This document shows, piece after piece, positions 1 through 9,782 of a DNA stretch of 64,000 nucleotides (position 1 is the first letter of the stretch; each line of letters starts with the position of its first letter). Position numbers and translations under genes: made by a program. The stretch is from Patescibacteria group bacterium UBA924 (GTDB taxonomy: Bacteria > Patescibacteriota > Microgenomatia > UBA1400 > PJMF01). The DNA is taken from positions 11,792 to 75,791 of the forward strand of contig DBDU01000019.1 of the NCBI GenBank assembly GCA_002293725.1. The letters run 5' to 3'. Under the pieces are notes generated by a model. It searched no databases, was not told the DNA's origin, and saw only the letters and a list, made by a program, of their open reading frames with translations.

Positions 1-1728
1 TGGGCGATGTACTCAGAGATAAATTGAGCAGGATAGTTTTTATCAAACCACTCTTTGTTTTCAAATGGATAGTGAACCGCTGCAAACGGCATGCTGCCAC
101 TCTCTACCCAACAGTCAAAGACTTCAAAAATGCGTTTACCTTTCACTGTCTTAGCATCGTCCACCCAGACTTCAATATCATCGAGAAACTCACGGTGAAT
201 GTCTGTTAAAGCGTCCACCTGGCTAGGATCGACTGCCCACTTCTTCAACTCTGCCAGCGAGCCGATCACTCGGTAGGTTGAAGAGAGCTTTCCTTTTTCG
301 GTAGGTGCTTGCCAGACTGGCATTGGGGTTCCCCAATAGCGAGAGCGAGAGATGTTCCAGTCAGGAGCGGTCTCTAGTCCTTTGCCAAAACGACCGTGCT
401 TTAAGTAATCAGGGAACCAGTTGATATCTTGGTTCGTTTCGATCAGTCGTTGCTTGAGCTGTTGAACGTTAATAAACCAGGCTGGCACGGCGTTGTAGTA
501 CAGCGGTGTGCCACATCGATAACAGAAAGGGTACGAGTGAGTGTACTTCTCTGCTTTGTACACTAAGCCGCGGTGCGCTAAGTCATCTATCAGGATCTGT
601 TCTGCCTTTTTGTAAAACATGCCAGCCACTGGGGTGACGAACTCAAAAAACTTACCTTCGTCATCTAAAGTCGGAACGCATGGTAACTCTTTCTTTTGCG
701 CCAGGGCGTAGTCATCTTCACCATAGATTGCCGCAGTGTGCACGATTCCAGTACCGTCTTCCAAGCTGACAAAGTCGGCGGTCATGACATAGTGAGCTTT
801 TTTGCCATCTAGCGGCATGTACGTAAATAGTGGTTCGTACTCTAAGCCGTCCAGCTCACTCCCCTTCACGGTTTTGAGTACTTCGGGATGATGAATCTGC
901 TGCATCTTTGCCAGCTCAGCGACTTTTTCTTTCGCAACCCAGTACTTTTCATTACCAACTGTAAACAAGGAGTACTCCGCGTCAGGTAAGACTGCTAAGC
1001 CTACGTTCCCCGGAAGCGTCCAGGGTGTCGTCGTCCATGCTAAAAAGAACTCGTCATTGGTATCTTTGCGTTTAAACTTGACATAGACAGAGTTGTCTTC
1101 GACATCTTTGTATGAGTTGTCCATCGCAATCTCAAAGTTGGACAGCGGAGTGGCACAGCGAGGACAGTACAGTACCACTTTGCGTCCTTGGTAGACGTGA
1201 TCGTTTTCGCACAATTTGGAGAAACCCCACCAGACTGATTCCATGTAATTTTTATCCATGGTTTTATAGGAGTTTTTGAAGTCGACCCAACGACCGATGC
1301 GGCGGATGATCACTTCCCAATCTTTATCAAAGCGCAAGATTGCTGCGCGGCAGGCAGCGTTGAAGTTAGCAATGCCAAACTTTTCGATCCCTTTTTTGCC
1401 ACCTTTGAGCTCTAGCTCGCCTTCGATCATGTTCTCGATTGGCAAACCATGACAGTCCCAGCCCCAGACGCGTTCGACGCGGTAACCTTTCATGGTCCAG
1501 TAACGAGGAATGACATCTTTAGTAGTAGAGGCCAAGATGTGACCGTAGTGTGGTAGACCAGTTGCGAATGGAGGTCCGTCATAGAATACGTACGCTTTAT
1601 CAGCAGGACGTTGCTCTACGGATTTACGAAACGTATTATCGGCATCCCAATAGTTTGCGATCTCTTCTTCCAGTTGTGGGAAGTTAGGAGTTTTAGCAAA
1701 GTCGAGGTTGCGTGCTGTTTTTGACATC
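1..1728 (-). CDS. ileS: Isoleucyl-tRNA synthetase, N-terminal part; the C-terminus lies beyond the window start
   Basis: Not in the ORF track because it runs off the edge. Reverse-strand translation from ATG at 1726-1728 gives MSKTARNLDFAKTPNFPQLEEEIANYWD...YDGPPFATGLPHYGHIL (class I HIGH motif), WTTTPWTLPGN, and a CP1 region typical of IleRS. Confidence 0.9.
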
Positions 1729-2040
1729 TTTCCTTTTGGCGGTTAGCCGCCAGATTCCATAAAAAAACCTGATCACAATTCAGAAATATTCTGAACGATG
1801 ATCAGGCTTCTTGGCAGAAAGGTACCAACCTGGTGTGCTTACTTCCAGCTGTTACGGGCTTACCCGGAAAAATTTACTAAGATAGTTAGCTATCGGTTCT
1901 CTTTTCGCCTCGTGTAGTGATGGCTACACTCAAGCGGCTGTGCGATCTGTACGTCTATTTTACTGCCTTTCATTGATTTTGACAGTACGACTTTCAAGGA
2001 GTTGCGGCAGACTTATCTCTATCTATCTATATCAAAAACT
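1729..2040 (-). promoter_or_regulatory. Candidate T-box riboswitch leader of ileS
   Basis: A 384-nt non-coding leader lies between the membrane-protein gene stop (2113) and the ileS ATG. The minus-strand RNA contains AGGUUGGUACC (complement of 1821-1832), a 10/11 match to the T-box consensus AGGGUGGNACC, followed by a strong terminator about 30 nt before the start codon. This is the classic aminoacyl-tRNA synthetase attenuator layout. The specifier loop was not resolved by eye. Confidence 0.45.
1759..1806 (-). terminator. Intrinsic terminator / attenuator hairpin immediately upstream of ileS
   Basis: Plus-strand 1768-1806 is CCTGATCA-caaTTCAGAAatatTTCTGAAcga-TGATCAGG, an interrupted stem of about 15 bp. 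On the minus-strand RNA it is followed by UUUUUUUAU (complement of 1759-1767). Confidence 0.6.
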
Positions 2041-2112
2041 ATCAATCAACATCGGTGACTGCTAAATATACTCGAGTAAAACTTAGACTGATCAGTCCAG
2101 ATAAATAGAATC

Positions 2113-2616
2113 TCAATTGGAATTTTTGCGTCGGGCTTCTCTCTTTTCCTCGATCATGTACGTTCCTACCCAGGCAATTACGAAACACAGTCCAAGGAGA
2201 TAAGCTGCCAAACCTGAGTGCAGAACGACGTGTTCTTTGGTGGTGCCAAGAGTTAAACCAGGAACAGACTTTGGTGGTTGTTTGCCGTATGACCAAGTTC
2301 CCACCGTACCACAGGCAGGAAGAAATAAGCTCATTCGGTGGAAGTAGTAGCCGGTATCTGTTTCGTGGCTTTCTCGTTTCACTCTGCAGTAGACCGCAGC
2401 ATGACTGGCGGTGAACCAAAAGATAAACACGATTGGAATAAAGGCGATCAAGATGGTTAGCCATTTTTTTACTAAAAATACAACCAACTTGCGTGGAGAT
2501 GGGTTAACGGAAAGGTAAAAGCCATTTAACACACAGTACGATGCTACAACGGCACACAAAACAAACAGAAAAGTAATCAAAATAAAGAATGGTCCAATGT
2601 TTGGTTCACTATTCAT
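2113..2616 (-). CDS. Hypothetical small integral membrane protein, about 4 transmembrane helices, immediately downstream of ftsZ
   Basis: 167-aa ORF with four hydrophobic helices (FFILITFLFVLCAVVASYCVL, LTILIAFIPIVFIFWF, LAAYLLGLCFVIAWVG). It starts 16 nt after the ftsZ stop and is co-oriented with it. No recognisable family. Confidence 0.5.
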   Translation of the reverse strand: MNSEPNIGPFFILITFLFVLCAVVASYCVLNGFYLSVNPSPRKLVVFLVKKWLTILIAFIPIVFIFWFTASHAAVYCRVKRESHETDTGYYFHRMSLFLPACGTVGTWSYGKQPPKSVPGLTLGTTKEHVVLHSGLAAYLLGLCFVIAWVGTYMIEEKREARRKNSN

Positions 2617-2631
2617 GCAGGCAAGCAGCCT

Positions 2632-3954
2632 TTATTTTTTATTTCGCAAAAAGGCTGGTATGTCGAACTCATCCTCAAACTCATTGGCGCCTCCCACCTG
2701 TGAGACTGGTAACGGTGTGGTGCCAGTATCATCTGTGGTCGGAGATTGTGGTTGTGAAGGTGGTGTCGCAGGGCTGCTCCCAAATCCACCTGAAAAAAGT
2801 GATGGTTTAGGTTGGTCAGCACCACTAATCTGTGAAGTGGTCTGGGGCTGAGTGAAAGAGGTTGGGGCTCGATCGATCTTTGTGGGCGTTGGTGGTGTAG
2901 ATTCAGTGGGGGCTGGGCGATCTTTGGCTAGACGCGTAGCTGACTCACGCGAAAACGCTCCAAAGTACGGTCTTGTGCTTGATGCATATCCAAGCTGTTT
3001 CTCATCGAATCCAGTCGCGATAACGCTGATCTTGATCGTTGAGCCCATGTTCTCGTCAATAGTCGCACCGAAGATGACGTTGGCATCTGGGGCGGCAGCG
3101 GCCGCAATAATAGCCGACGCATCCGAGACTTCGCTCATCGACATGTCATTGCCACCGGTGATGTTGTAGAGAATTCCGCGAGCACCATCGATGGAAACTT
3201 CTAAGAGTGGTGAAGAGATAGCCATTCTAGCAGCTGTAGCAGCCCGGTTCTCACCGCTGGCTTGGCCAATACCCATCAAGGCAGAGCCTGAGTCGGCCAT
3301 GATAGTTTTGACGTCAGCGAAGTCGACATTAATTAACCCTGGAATAGTGATTAAGTCAGAGATACCTTGGACACCTTGACCAAGAACGTTATCAGCCAAG
3401 CGGAACGCGTCGATTAAAGTCATTTTTTTATCGACGACATCCATCAAGCGTTGGTTAGGAATGACGATTAAAGTATCGACGTTATCTTTAAGTAGCTCGA
3501 TGCCCTCTTCGGCAGACTGCATCCGACGAATGCCTTCAAAGGAGAATGGTTTGGTGACGACGGCCACCGTTAAAGCACCAGATTCTTTAGCAATTTCGGC
3601 TACGATTGGTGAAGCACCGGTTCCCGTACCACCACCCATACCGGCTGTAATAAAGACCATGTCAGAGTCATAGAGGAGATCTTTTAGTTTCTCTCTACTC
3701 TCTTCGGCAGCCGTGCGACCGACTTCGGGATCGGCACCTGAGCCTAAACCTTTAGTGAAGTTACTGCCAATCTGAACTTTAGTATCTGCTTGGGAAGATA
3801 AAAGGGCTTGTGCATCAGTGTTAATCGTGATGAACTCCACTCCCTGAATCTGGTTGGAGCTGATCATGGAGTTGACTGCGTTGCCGCCGCCGCCACCCAC
3901 GCCAACTACTTTAATTTTAGCGAACGTGGTATTTGTCGGTTTGACCAAACCCAT
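2632..3954 (-). CDS. ftsZ: Cell division GTPase FtsZ
   Basis: [15 protein letters not shown] and the tubulin signature GGGTGTG. A long Pro/Thr/Ser-rich C-terminal linker ends in the conserved FtsA-binding peptide [10 protein letters not shown]. Confidence 0.95.
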   Translation of the reverse strand: MGLVKPTNTTFAKIKVVGVGGGGGNAVNSMISSNQIQGVEFITINTDAQALLSSQADTKVQIGSNFTKGLGSGADPEVGRTAAEESREKLKDLLYDSDMVFITAGMGGGTGTGASPIVAEIAKESGALTVAVVTKPFSFEGIRRMQSAEEGIELLKDNVDTLIVIPNQRLMDVVDKKMTLIDAFRLADNVLGQGVQGISDLITIPGLINVDFADVKTIMADSGSALMGIGQASGENRAATAARMAISSPLLEVSIDGARGILYNITGGNDMSMSEVSDASAIIAAAAAPDANVIFGATIDENMGSTIKISVIATGFDEKQLGYASSTRPYFGAFSRESATRLAKDRPAPTESTPPTPTKIDRAPTSFTQPQTTSQISGADQPKPSLFSGGFGSSPATPPSQPQSPTTDDTGTTPLPVSQVGGANEFEDEFDIPAFLRNKK

Positions 3955-4025
3955 TGCACTCCTTTACGACTTCTGTGGCCTGTAGTCTACCACCTCTGTC
4001 ACCTTTCGCAACACTCGGCGGTACC

Positions 4026-5336
4026 TCAAGGGAGGAAAGACTTGACTAGTTTAACAACCTGGTTGCCAAGATCCTGTACATTGATTTTTTTGAAGTACTC
4101 TCCAATTGGCATCGACTGAGCAGCTGGCTTACCTGTTGAACGCTTCGCCGCGTAAATGAGCAGCCCGATGCTGGTGGCATAGGAGGGTTTTTGAATATCA
4201 TCGACTAAACCGCGCAGTTCTGTTGGCTTACCTACACGAGCCGGCAAGTTGAGTGTGCGCTTGGCAACTTCAACAATTCCCACTGTCTCTGCTCCACCGC
4301 CTGATAGAACCACCCCGGCGGGAACACCAGCCACTAAGTGATGTTTTTGTAGCTCGGCCAAAATCAAACTGAACATCTCTTTCATTCGTGGCAGCATGAT
4401 GCCTTCAACGATGGTGCGTTTGGATAACGGCTCAGTCTGTTCGTAGATGCCTAGCTTTTGTAGATCCAGCTCATCTTCTTGTTTTTGACGTTTGCGAAAC
4501 TCTTCTTTGGACTCGCCAGGTCGAGGTTTGAGGTTGAAGAGTGGGTCTTGTGCCAAAGCGATCTTGAGCTTCTCTGCACTGTCCAAGCTCATCCGACATC
4601 CTAGGGCGATATCTTGAGTAATGTGACGAGCGCCAATTGGTAGAACACCAGAGTACTGAAGAGCTCCTTCTACATAGGCACAAACAGATGTCGAGCCAGC
4701 CCCAATATCTACTAAGACTACTCCCAGCTCTTTCTCTGTTTCTGAGAGCATGACTTCGGCGGCGGCTAAGCCGGAAAAAACAAAGCCATCAAGCTGTAGG
4801 CCGAGATCTTGGACGATCTTGGCCAAGTTGCGCAAGGCTGGACTTTGGCCGGTAATGATGTGAGCTTCTGCTTCCAACCGCACTCCTGTCATGCCAACAG
4901 GATCTTTGATACCAGTTTGTGAGTCGACGGCAAAGTCGCGTGGGATAACATGAACGATCTCACGGGCTGAAGGCAAAGAAATAGCACGGGCAGCTTCCAG
5001 CACACGATCAACGTCTTCAGGTGTAATCTCTTGCGTTGGCGCCGCTACGGCCACCACGCCTTTGGAGTTTTGTGAAGAGATATTAGCGCCAGAAATGGAG
5101 ATGGTAACTGATTTTACTTCGAGCCCTGCCATACGTTCGGCAGCATCCACACTAGCGGTCATCGTTTCTAAGACGTCTTCTAAATCAACGATCTGACTTT
5201 TGCGCATTCCTTTAGAAGGAACGGCGGCTACGCCAAGCACTTGCAAAGCGTTTGTTTCTGGGTCTTGAGAACCAATCAACGTGACGCACTTATCTGTACC
5301 AAGATCGATCACGCAAAGTGGGCTAGGTCGTAACAT
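4026..5336 (-). CDS. ftsA: Cell division protein FtsA (actin-like ATPase)
   Basis: VIDLGTDKCVTLIG N-terminal phosphate-1 motif, VLVDIGAGSTSV phosphate-2 motif, 436 aa. Sits between ftsQ and ftsZ. Confidence 0.9.
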   Translation of the reverse strand: MLRPSPLCVIDLGTDKCVTLIGSQDPETNALQVLGVAAVPSKGMRKSQIVDLEDVLETMTASVDAAERMAGLEVKSVTISISGANISSQNSKGVVAVAAPTQEITPEDVDRVLEAARAISLPSAREIVHVIPRDFAVDSQTGIKDPVGMTGVRLEAEAHIITGQSPALRNLAKIVQDLGLQLDGFVFSGLAAAEVMLSETEKELGVVLVDIGAGSTSVCAYVEGALQYSGVLPIGARHITQDIALGCRMSLDSAEKLKIALAQDPLFNLKPRPGESKEEFRKRQKQEDELDLQKLGIYEQTEPLSKRTIVEGIMLPRMKEMFSLILAELQKHHLVAGVPAGVVLSGGGAETVGIVEVAKRTLNLPARVGKPTELRGLVDDIQKPSYATSIGLLIYAAKRSTGKPAAQSMPIGEYFKKINVQDLGNQVVKLVKSFLP

Positions 5337-5406
5337 ACTGTATTTACCCTATCATAATTTGACGGTCTTAAGGATAGCAAACTTGGGGTACTGGTTGCAA
5401 AGGGAT

Positions 5407-6165
5407 TCAGCGTGATATGACAGCCGCGGCGGAGGCACTGCTTGAATAGTTCCGCAGAATCACTTGGCTGAACCTCAAGTCGATTTCCGGGATCGTTTCT
5501 TTGAATGTACTAAAATCGAAGTGTTTGAGCAAGTAGGATAGCTTTGCTAACTGTTGTGGCGCTTCTTCAAGCATAAAGTACGCTGTCTTGCCGTTGGGGA
5601 GCTGCAAAGCTGCTTCACTAGGTGAAAGCAAGATGAACTGTGCATCAAGTAATCCTTGTGCTTCCAAGGTAGAAAAAGCGGTAAGGAGCTCGTCATGTAA
5701 TGTTGACTCAATTTTTTCGCGAGTGTTAGGTAAGAACTGAATACCTTCACTTGCGTAAACGACTGGAAAAGTATCATCAGGGTTGGCGAGTCGAATAACA
5801 TAGCCAGCATCATCTACTACCCAGAGTTGACCACTTGGTTCCGCATAGCGATAGCGCGGTTCGGCAGAAAAAAAGGTAATGTGAATCGTATCCGGGAACT
5901 CTTTACTCAACTCGAATCGAGCCAAAAAAGGAGTTAAACGAGTGATCTGTTCACCTACGTCATAAAAGTCGCTAAAAAAAAGTGACTTTCCGAGGTGAGA
6001 GTTGAGCTCAGCTTGAACATAATCAGGACACTCGCCGACGTCAGTTTGACAGGTGATCGTCCGAACGGTGAAGAGTTTGGTTTGGTGAAACACCATGATG
6101 GTGATAACAACCAAGATAACTAGAAACAACGGAAAGACTGTCCGCCAGCCTAATTTCATAGACAA
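5407..6165 (-). CDS. ftsQ: Cell division protein FtsQ/DivIB (single transmembrane helix plus POTRA-like domain)
   Basis: N-terminal transmembrane helix (VFPLFLVILVVITIMVF) followed by a periplasmic domain of about 220 aa. Position between murG and ftsA. Confidence 0.7.
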   Translation of the reverse strand: MSMKLGWRTVFPLFLVILVVITIMVFHQTKLFTVRTITCQTDVGECPDYVQAELNSHLGKSLFFSDFYDVGEQITRLTPFLARFELSKEFPDTIHITFFSAEPRYRYAEPSGQLWVVDDAGYVIRLANPDDTFPVVYASEGIQFLPNTREKIESTLHDELLTAFSTLEAQGLLDAQFILLSPSEAALQLPNGKTAYFMLEEAPQQLAKLSYLLKHFDFSTFKETIPEIDLRFSQVILRNYSSSASAAAVISR

Positions 6166-6182
6166 CAGTGTACGCTACTTCT

Positions 6183-7313
6183 TCAGGTTTGGGCTACAGA
6201 TTGTGCCAACTCATACAGTTTGGCGGTAGGATTTTCTGGGATAGCTTCTTGAAGGGAGACAGCGTGACGCTTTAAGGCTTTATGTTTCTTCTTCATGATT
6301 TTGAGAGCATCAATGAGGGTCTCGGCAGAAGCCTCGCGCTGAGACAGAATTAAGCCGGCGCCAGCATCAGCCATCACCTCGGCATTTAAGCGCTGTTCAT
6401 CATGATGTGCTTGCGGTAAAGGAATAAAGAGGGCGGGTAATCCTACTGCAATCAGCTCACTAACCGTATTTGCGCCGGAGCGGGTCAATACTGAGCTGGC
6501 ATGCTGATAGATCCAAGACAGCTCTTCTTCTGTTACCCACTCGCGGACAAAGTAGAGGTGCTGTTGGGCTATTGGGAGATTACTGCGCGTTTTCTCGAGA
6601 CTCTTTTTATAGTTCATCAAGTTGGTAGGGCTACCACATTGGTGAATAATCCACCAATCTTCTAAAAGACTAGGAAGCGCTTCTTGAACTAAGATATTAA
6701 TGCACTGTGAGCCTTGGTTGCCTCCGGTGATGTAAAGCAAGGGCTTAGTTGGCATAGCAGATGGTAGCCAGGCAGGTGTCTTCGGTTTAGCCGTAAAGAG
6801 TGACTGGCGGAGAGGATTTCCGGTGAAGCGTACTTTCTTGGCAGGAAAGTACTTTTCAGATTCGGGAAAGCTAATGGCAACCGCTGTAGCAAACTTAGAG
6901 ATCCACTGATTTGCTACGCCACCGGTACGAGTCTGTTCATGAGTTAAAACAGGAATGCCCATCGTTTTGGCGGCAATCGCAAAAGGGAGTCCCAGGAAAC
7001 CACCAAAACTAAAGAAGAGGTCTGGCTTGTACTTGGCTAAAAGTTGACGACTACGGTGAATGGCAGCCAACAGGTCTATGAACGTGAGTGGTAACTTCCA
7101 GACTGGTTGTCCATCAAGCTTGGGGGCGTTAAACGGAACAAACGTGACTCCACGTTTGCTGACTTCCTGTTTTTCCCAGCTGCGTTGTTTCAAAGTTGGT
7201 TGAGAGTAAATACGTCCAGCGAAGATAAACTGATCATCTGGGAAGTGTTGCCGAGCATAATCAATCACTGCTAAAGCGGGAGTAAGGTGCCCACCTGAAA
7301 TTAATACTTTCAT
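6183..7313 (-). CDS. murG: UDP-GlcNAc:lipid I N-acetylglucosaminyltransferase MurG
   Basis: MKVLISGGHLTPALAV and GT28 N-terminal and C-terminal domains. The track ORF extends to 7352, but the start at the MKV codon (7311-7313) abuts the ftsW stop. Confidence 0.9.
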   Translation of the reverse strand: MKVLISGGHLTPALAVIDYARQHFPDDQFIFAGRIYSQPTLKQRSWEKQEVSKRGVTFVPFNAPKLDGQPVWKLPLTFIDLLAAIHRSRQLLAKYKPDLFFSFGGFLGLPFAIAAKTMGIPVLTHEQTRTGGVANQWISKFATAVAISFPESEKYFPAKKVRFTGNPLRQSLFTAKPKTPAWLPSAMPTKPLLYITGGNQGSQCINILVQEALPSLLEDWWIIHQCGSPTNLMNYKKSLEKTRSNLPIAQQHLYFVREWVTEEELSWIYQHASSVLTRSGANTVSELIAVGLPALFIPLPQAHHDEQRLNAEVMADAGAGLILSQREASAETLIDALKIMKKKHKALKRHAVSLQEAIPENPTAKLYELAQSVAQT

Positions 7314-7314
7314 C

Positions 7315-8409
7315 TTACGTCTGTCCCCCTGAGTGTTTCTTGCCGATCCCAATCAAGATTCCTACCACGGATAATACCATCACCAGAGAAGTTCCCCCAA
7401 ACGAAAAGAAAGGTAGTGGTACGCCGGTTAATGGAACGAGTGCGACTACAGCTGAAAGATTAAGCACGATCTGCATTCCTAGCCAGATTAAGATGCCATG
7501 GGCAAGTAAGTGGTCGTACGTAGCTGGTTCTGTCTTACGACAGATTTGATGAGCAAGTTTGAGAAATAAGGCGAACAGCAAGATAATCCCCAAACAACCC
7601 AAAAAACCAACTTCCTCTGCCACGATTGAAAAGATCGAGTCGGTACTTGCTTCAGGAATGTAGTTGAACTTTTGCCGCGAGTTACCAATTCCTTGACCAA
7701 TCAGGCCTCCGTTCCCCAGCGCAATGATAATTTGGCGAATGTGAAAACTAGCACCTAGTGGGTCAGACTCGGGATCTAGAAAAGTGGTTAGACGACGCAT
7801 CCGGTAGGGGGAGGTCAAAATTAAGAGCAGTAGTAAGCCAACTCCCGCTCCCCCAGTAGCAAAGAAAGTCTTCCATGGGGCACCAGCTAAAAAGTACAGC
7901 CCAAAAGCGATCGAGATGACAATTAAGGCTGAACCCATGTCTGGTTGAAGGAAGAGTAAGGCCACAGGCAAGCCAGTCAAAAAGAGAAACGGTGGTAACT
8001 TTTGGTGGCGTTCCATCCAGTTTGCAAAAAAAATAATCATGGCAAACTTGACCACTTCGACTGGTTGAAAGCTAAAGCCAGCAATCCCAATCCACCTGCG
8101 AGCTCCATTGACCTCAAATCCTAACCCTGGAATGAAGACCATGATTAATAAAATAATGCTCAAGGCGTACATCAATGGCGAAATTTTCTTCCAAAAAGAA
8201 GTCGGAATAAACGTGCCAACTACTAAACCAACTAGACCTATTCCAAAAGAGATGACTTGTTCCCTGACAAAGTAAAACTGGTTTCCAAAACTAGAGAAAG
8301 CTTCTGCAACCGACGCTTCAAAAACAAACAAGATGCCGATGACGCATAAAATACACGTCAAGAGAAAAAGGCTCCATTCCAGACTAAAGGCAGGGCGGCG
8401 TAGTTTCAT
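7315..8409 (-). CDS. ftsW: Peptidoglycan polymerase FtsW (SEDS family)
   Basis: About 10 transmembrane helices and a SEDS-like motif (SFQPVEVVKFAMIIFFA). The track start at 8451 overlaps murD by 34 nt; the internal Met (MKLRRPAF, 8407-8409) is more likely. Confidence 0.85.
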   Translation of the reverse strand: MKLRRPAFSLEWSLFLLTCILCVIGILFVFEASVAEAFSSFGNQFYFVREQVISFGIGLVGLVVGTFIPTSFWKKISPLMYALSIILLIMVFIPGLGFEVNGARRWIGIAGFSFQPVEVVKFAMIIFFANWMERHQKLPPFLFLTGLPVALLFLQPDMGSALIVISIAFGLYFLAGAPWKTFFATGGAGVGLLLLLILTSPYRMRRLTTFLDPESDPLGASFHIRQIIIALGNGGLIGQGIGNSRQKFNYIPEASTDSIFSIVAEEVGFLGCLGIILLFALFLKLAHQICRKTEPATYDHLLAHGILIWLGMQIVLNLSAVVALVPLTGVPLPFFSFGGTSLVMVLSVVGILIGIGKKHSGGQT

Positions 8410-8417
8410 ACAAGGAC

Positions 8418-9782
8418 TTAAAAATCTTGATTTGCCAGCTGCTCGATCCAAGAACGATACTGTGCAGACTTATCTTCATAGTCCTTAAATTGACCAAAGC
8501 TTGGAGACGAGGGCGACAGTAAGACTACTCCGTTTTCGGGCGCATGTTGATAGGCAAAACGGACGGCTTCTTCCATTGACTCGACCAGCTGCATTTTTGG
8601 CCAGCTACTTTCTGGATACTGAGCTCGAATACCATCAAAAATGAGTTGGCCCGATGGCTTGAAAAAGGCAACGGCCGCAATTTTTTTGGTTTGGATAGCG
8701 TCAATGATCTTTTGATAAGAAATGCCGCGATCAAAGCCACCTACCATTAAGACGTCAACTTTAGGAAGAGAGTCTAAAGCGGCGATGGTCGCTTCTGGAA
8801 TAGTAGCCAGAGTGTCGTCAATCCACGTTACTGCTCCAAACTGACCAACCGTTTCGAGACGATGTGGTAGCGTACGGAACTCTTTCAGTGCGTCGACCAT
8901 TTGATCAGCACTGAGATCTAACTCTAGGCTGGTAACGAGCAGCGCTGGCAAGATGTTCCATTTTTTGATGGTGGACGGAAGATCAAGTTGATTCAACATC
9001 GTCATGACTTGCTGGACAACTTCGGGATACTGAAGTTGAGCTTGATAAGAAAAAGGCAATTTCCGGGCTGGACTGTTTCGAGCGGCGAGTGACAGCTCAG
9101 CTGAGTCTTGATTGTAGATAACTGTGTCATTACTGTTTTGGAAGCGAGTAATCTTGGCTTTAGCGAGGAGATAGTTTTCTAGAGTTCGGTGGTAGTTTAA
9201 GTGCTCAGGAAAAAGATTGAGCAGCACTGCCAGGTGAGGGCTCGTCTGGACTGTTTCTAGCTGATAGCTCGACATCTCAATGACAATAGTTGTCGTTGGA
9301 GTTAGCTCACTGGCAACTTCAAAAACTGGTTTGCCAATGTTGCCAGCTAATAAAACTTCCTTACCTGCGGTAGCGTATAAATGAGCAATCAGACTAGCAG
9401 TGGTACTCTTCCCTTTTGTGCCGGTAATTCCAATTACTTGATCTCGATACACGCTTAAGAACTCTGCCAATTGGGAAGTAACTACTCCACCACTGGCCAG
9501 ATACTCTTGAAGTTCTGGGATGTGAATCGGAACGCCAGGGGTCTTAAAGATAACATCAAACTGTTGCAAGTCTTGGAGATAGGGACCGATACGTAGTTCA
9601 ATGTTTGTTTCCTGCATCCATGCGTGCAGGACATCTTGATTGCCATCGCTAACAAATAACTCAGCTGTGGGACATGCTTTGGTCAGTAAGGTATGGGTAG
9701 TTTGGCCTTCTCTCGCCCAGCCCAAAACTAAGATACGTTTTCCGTCATAGCGTTCAGCAAGATGGGTGGCCAATCTGTTCAT
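8418..9782 (-). CDS. murD: UDP-N-acetylmuramoyl-L-alanine--glutamate ligase (MurD family). Could be a MurD2-type L-Glu ligase given the adjacent MurL-like gene.
   Basis: ILVLGWAREGQ Rossmann-like N-terminus and GITGTKGKSTT P-loop, 454 aa. The ATG overlaps the stop of the upstream PP-loop gene (ATGA). Confidence 0.85.
   Translation of the reverse strand: MNRLATHLAERYDGKRILVLGWAREGQTTHTLLTKACPTAELFVSDGNQDVLHAWMQETNIELRIGPYLQDLQQFDVIFKTPGVPIHIPELQEYLASGGVVTSQLAEFLSVYRDQVIGITGTKGKSTTASLIAHLYATAGKEVLLAGNIGKPVFEVASELTPTTTIVIEMSSYQLETVQTSPHLAVLLNLFPEHLNYHRTLENYLLAKAKITRFQNSNDTVIYNQDSAELSLAARNSPARKLPFSYQAQLQYPEVVQQVMTMLNQLDLPSTIKKWNILPALLVTSLELDLSADQMVDALKEFRTLPHRLETVGQFGAVTWIDDTLATIPEATIAALDSLPKVDVLMVGGFDRGISYQKIIDAIQTKKIAAVAFFKPSGQLIFDGIRAQYPESSWPKMQLVESMEEAVRFAYQHAPENGVVLLSPSSPSFGQFKDYEDKSAQYRSWIEQLANQDF

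Noticed and set aside
1729-2112. Possible tRNA or small RNA gene in the 384-nt gap upstream of ileS
   Set aside because: No T-loop (GTTCRANYC) or D-loop signatures and no cloverleaf were found by eye. The T-box-like motif and terminator explain the region better.
2042-2464. 140-aa minus-strand ORF overlapping the 167-aa membrane-protein gene in another frame
   Set aside because: It overlaps the better-supported four-transmembrane-helix ORF (2113-2616) and extends into the non-coding ileS leader. Its composition is low-complexity and Arg-rich, typical of an out-of-frame artefact.
2589-2851. Plus-strand ORFs (73 and 84 aa) and a 70-aa minus ORF over the 3' end of ftsZ
   Set aside because: They are antisense or out-of-frame to the strongly supported FtsZ C-terminal linker. 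Their Gly/Pro/Ser-rich composition mirrors the repeat-like linker codons.
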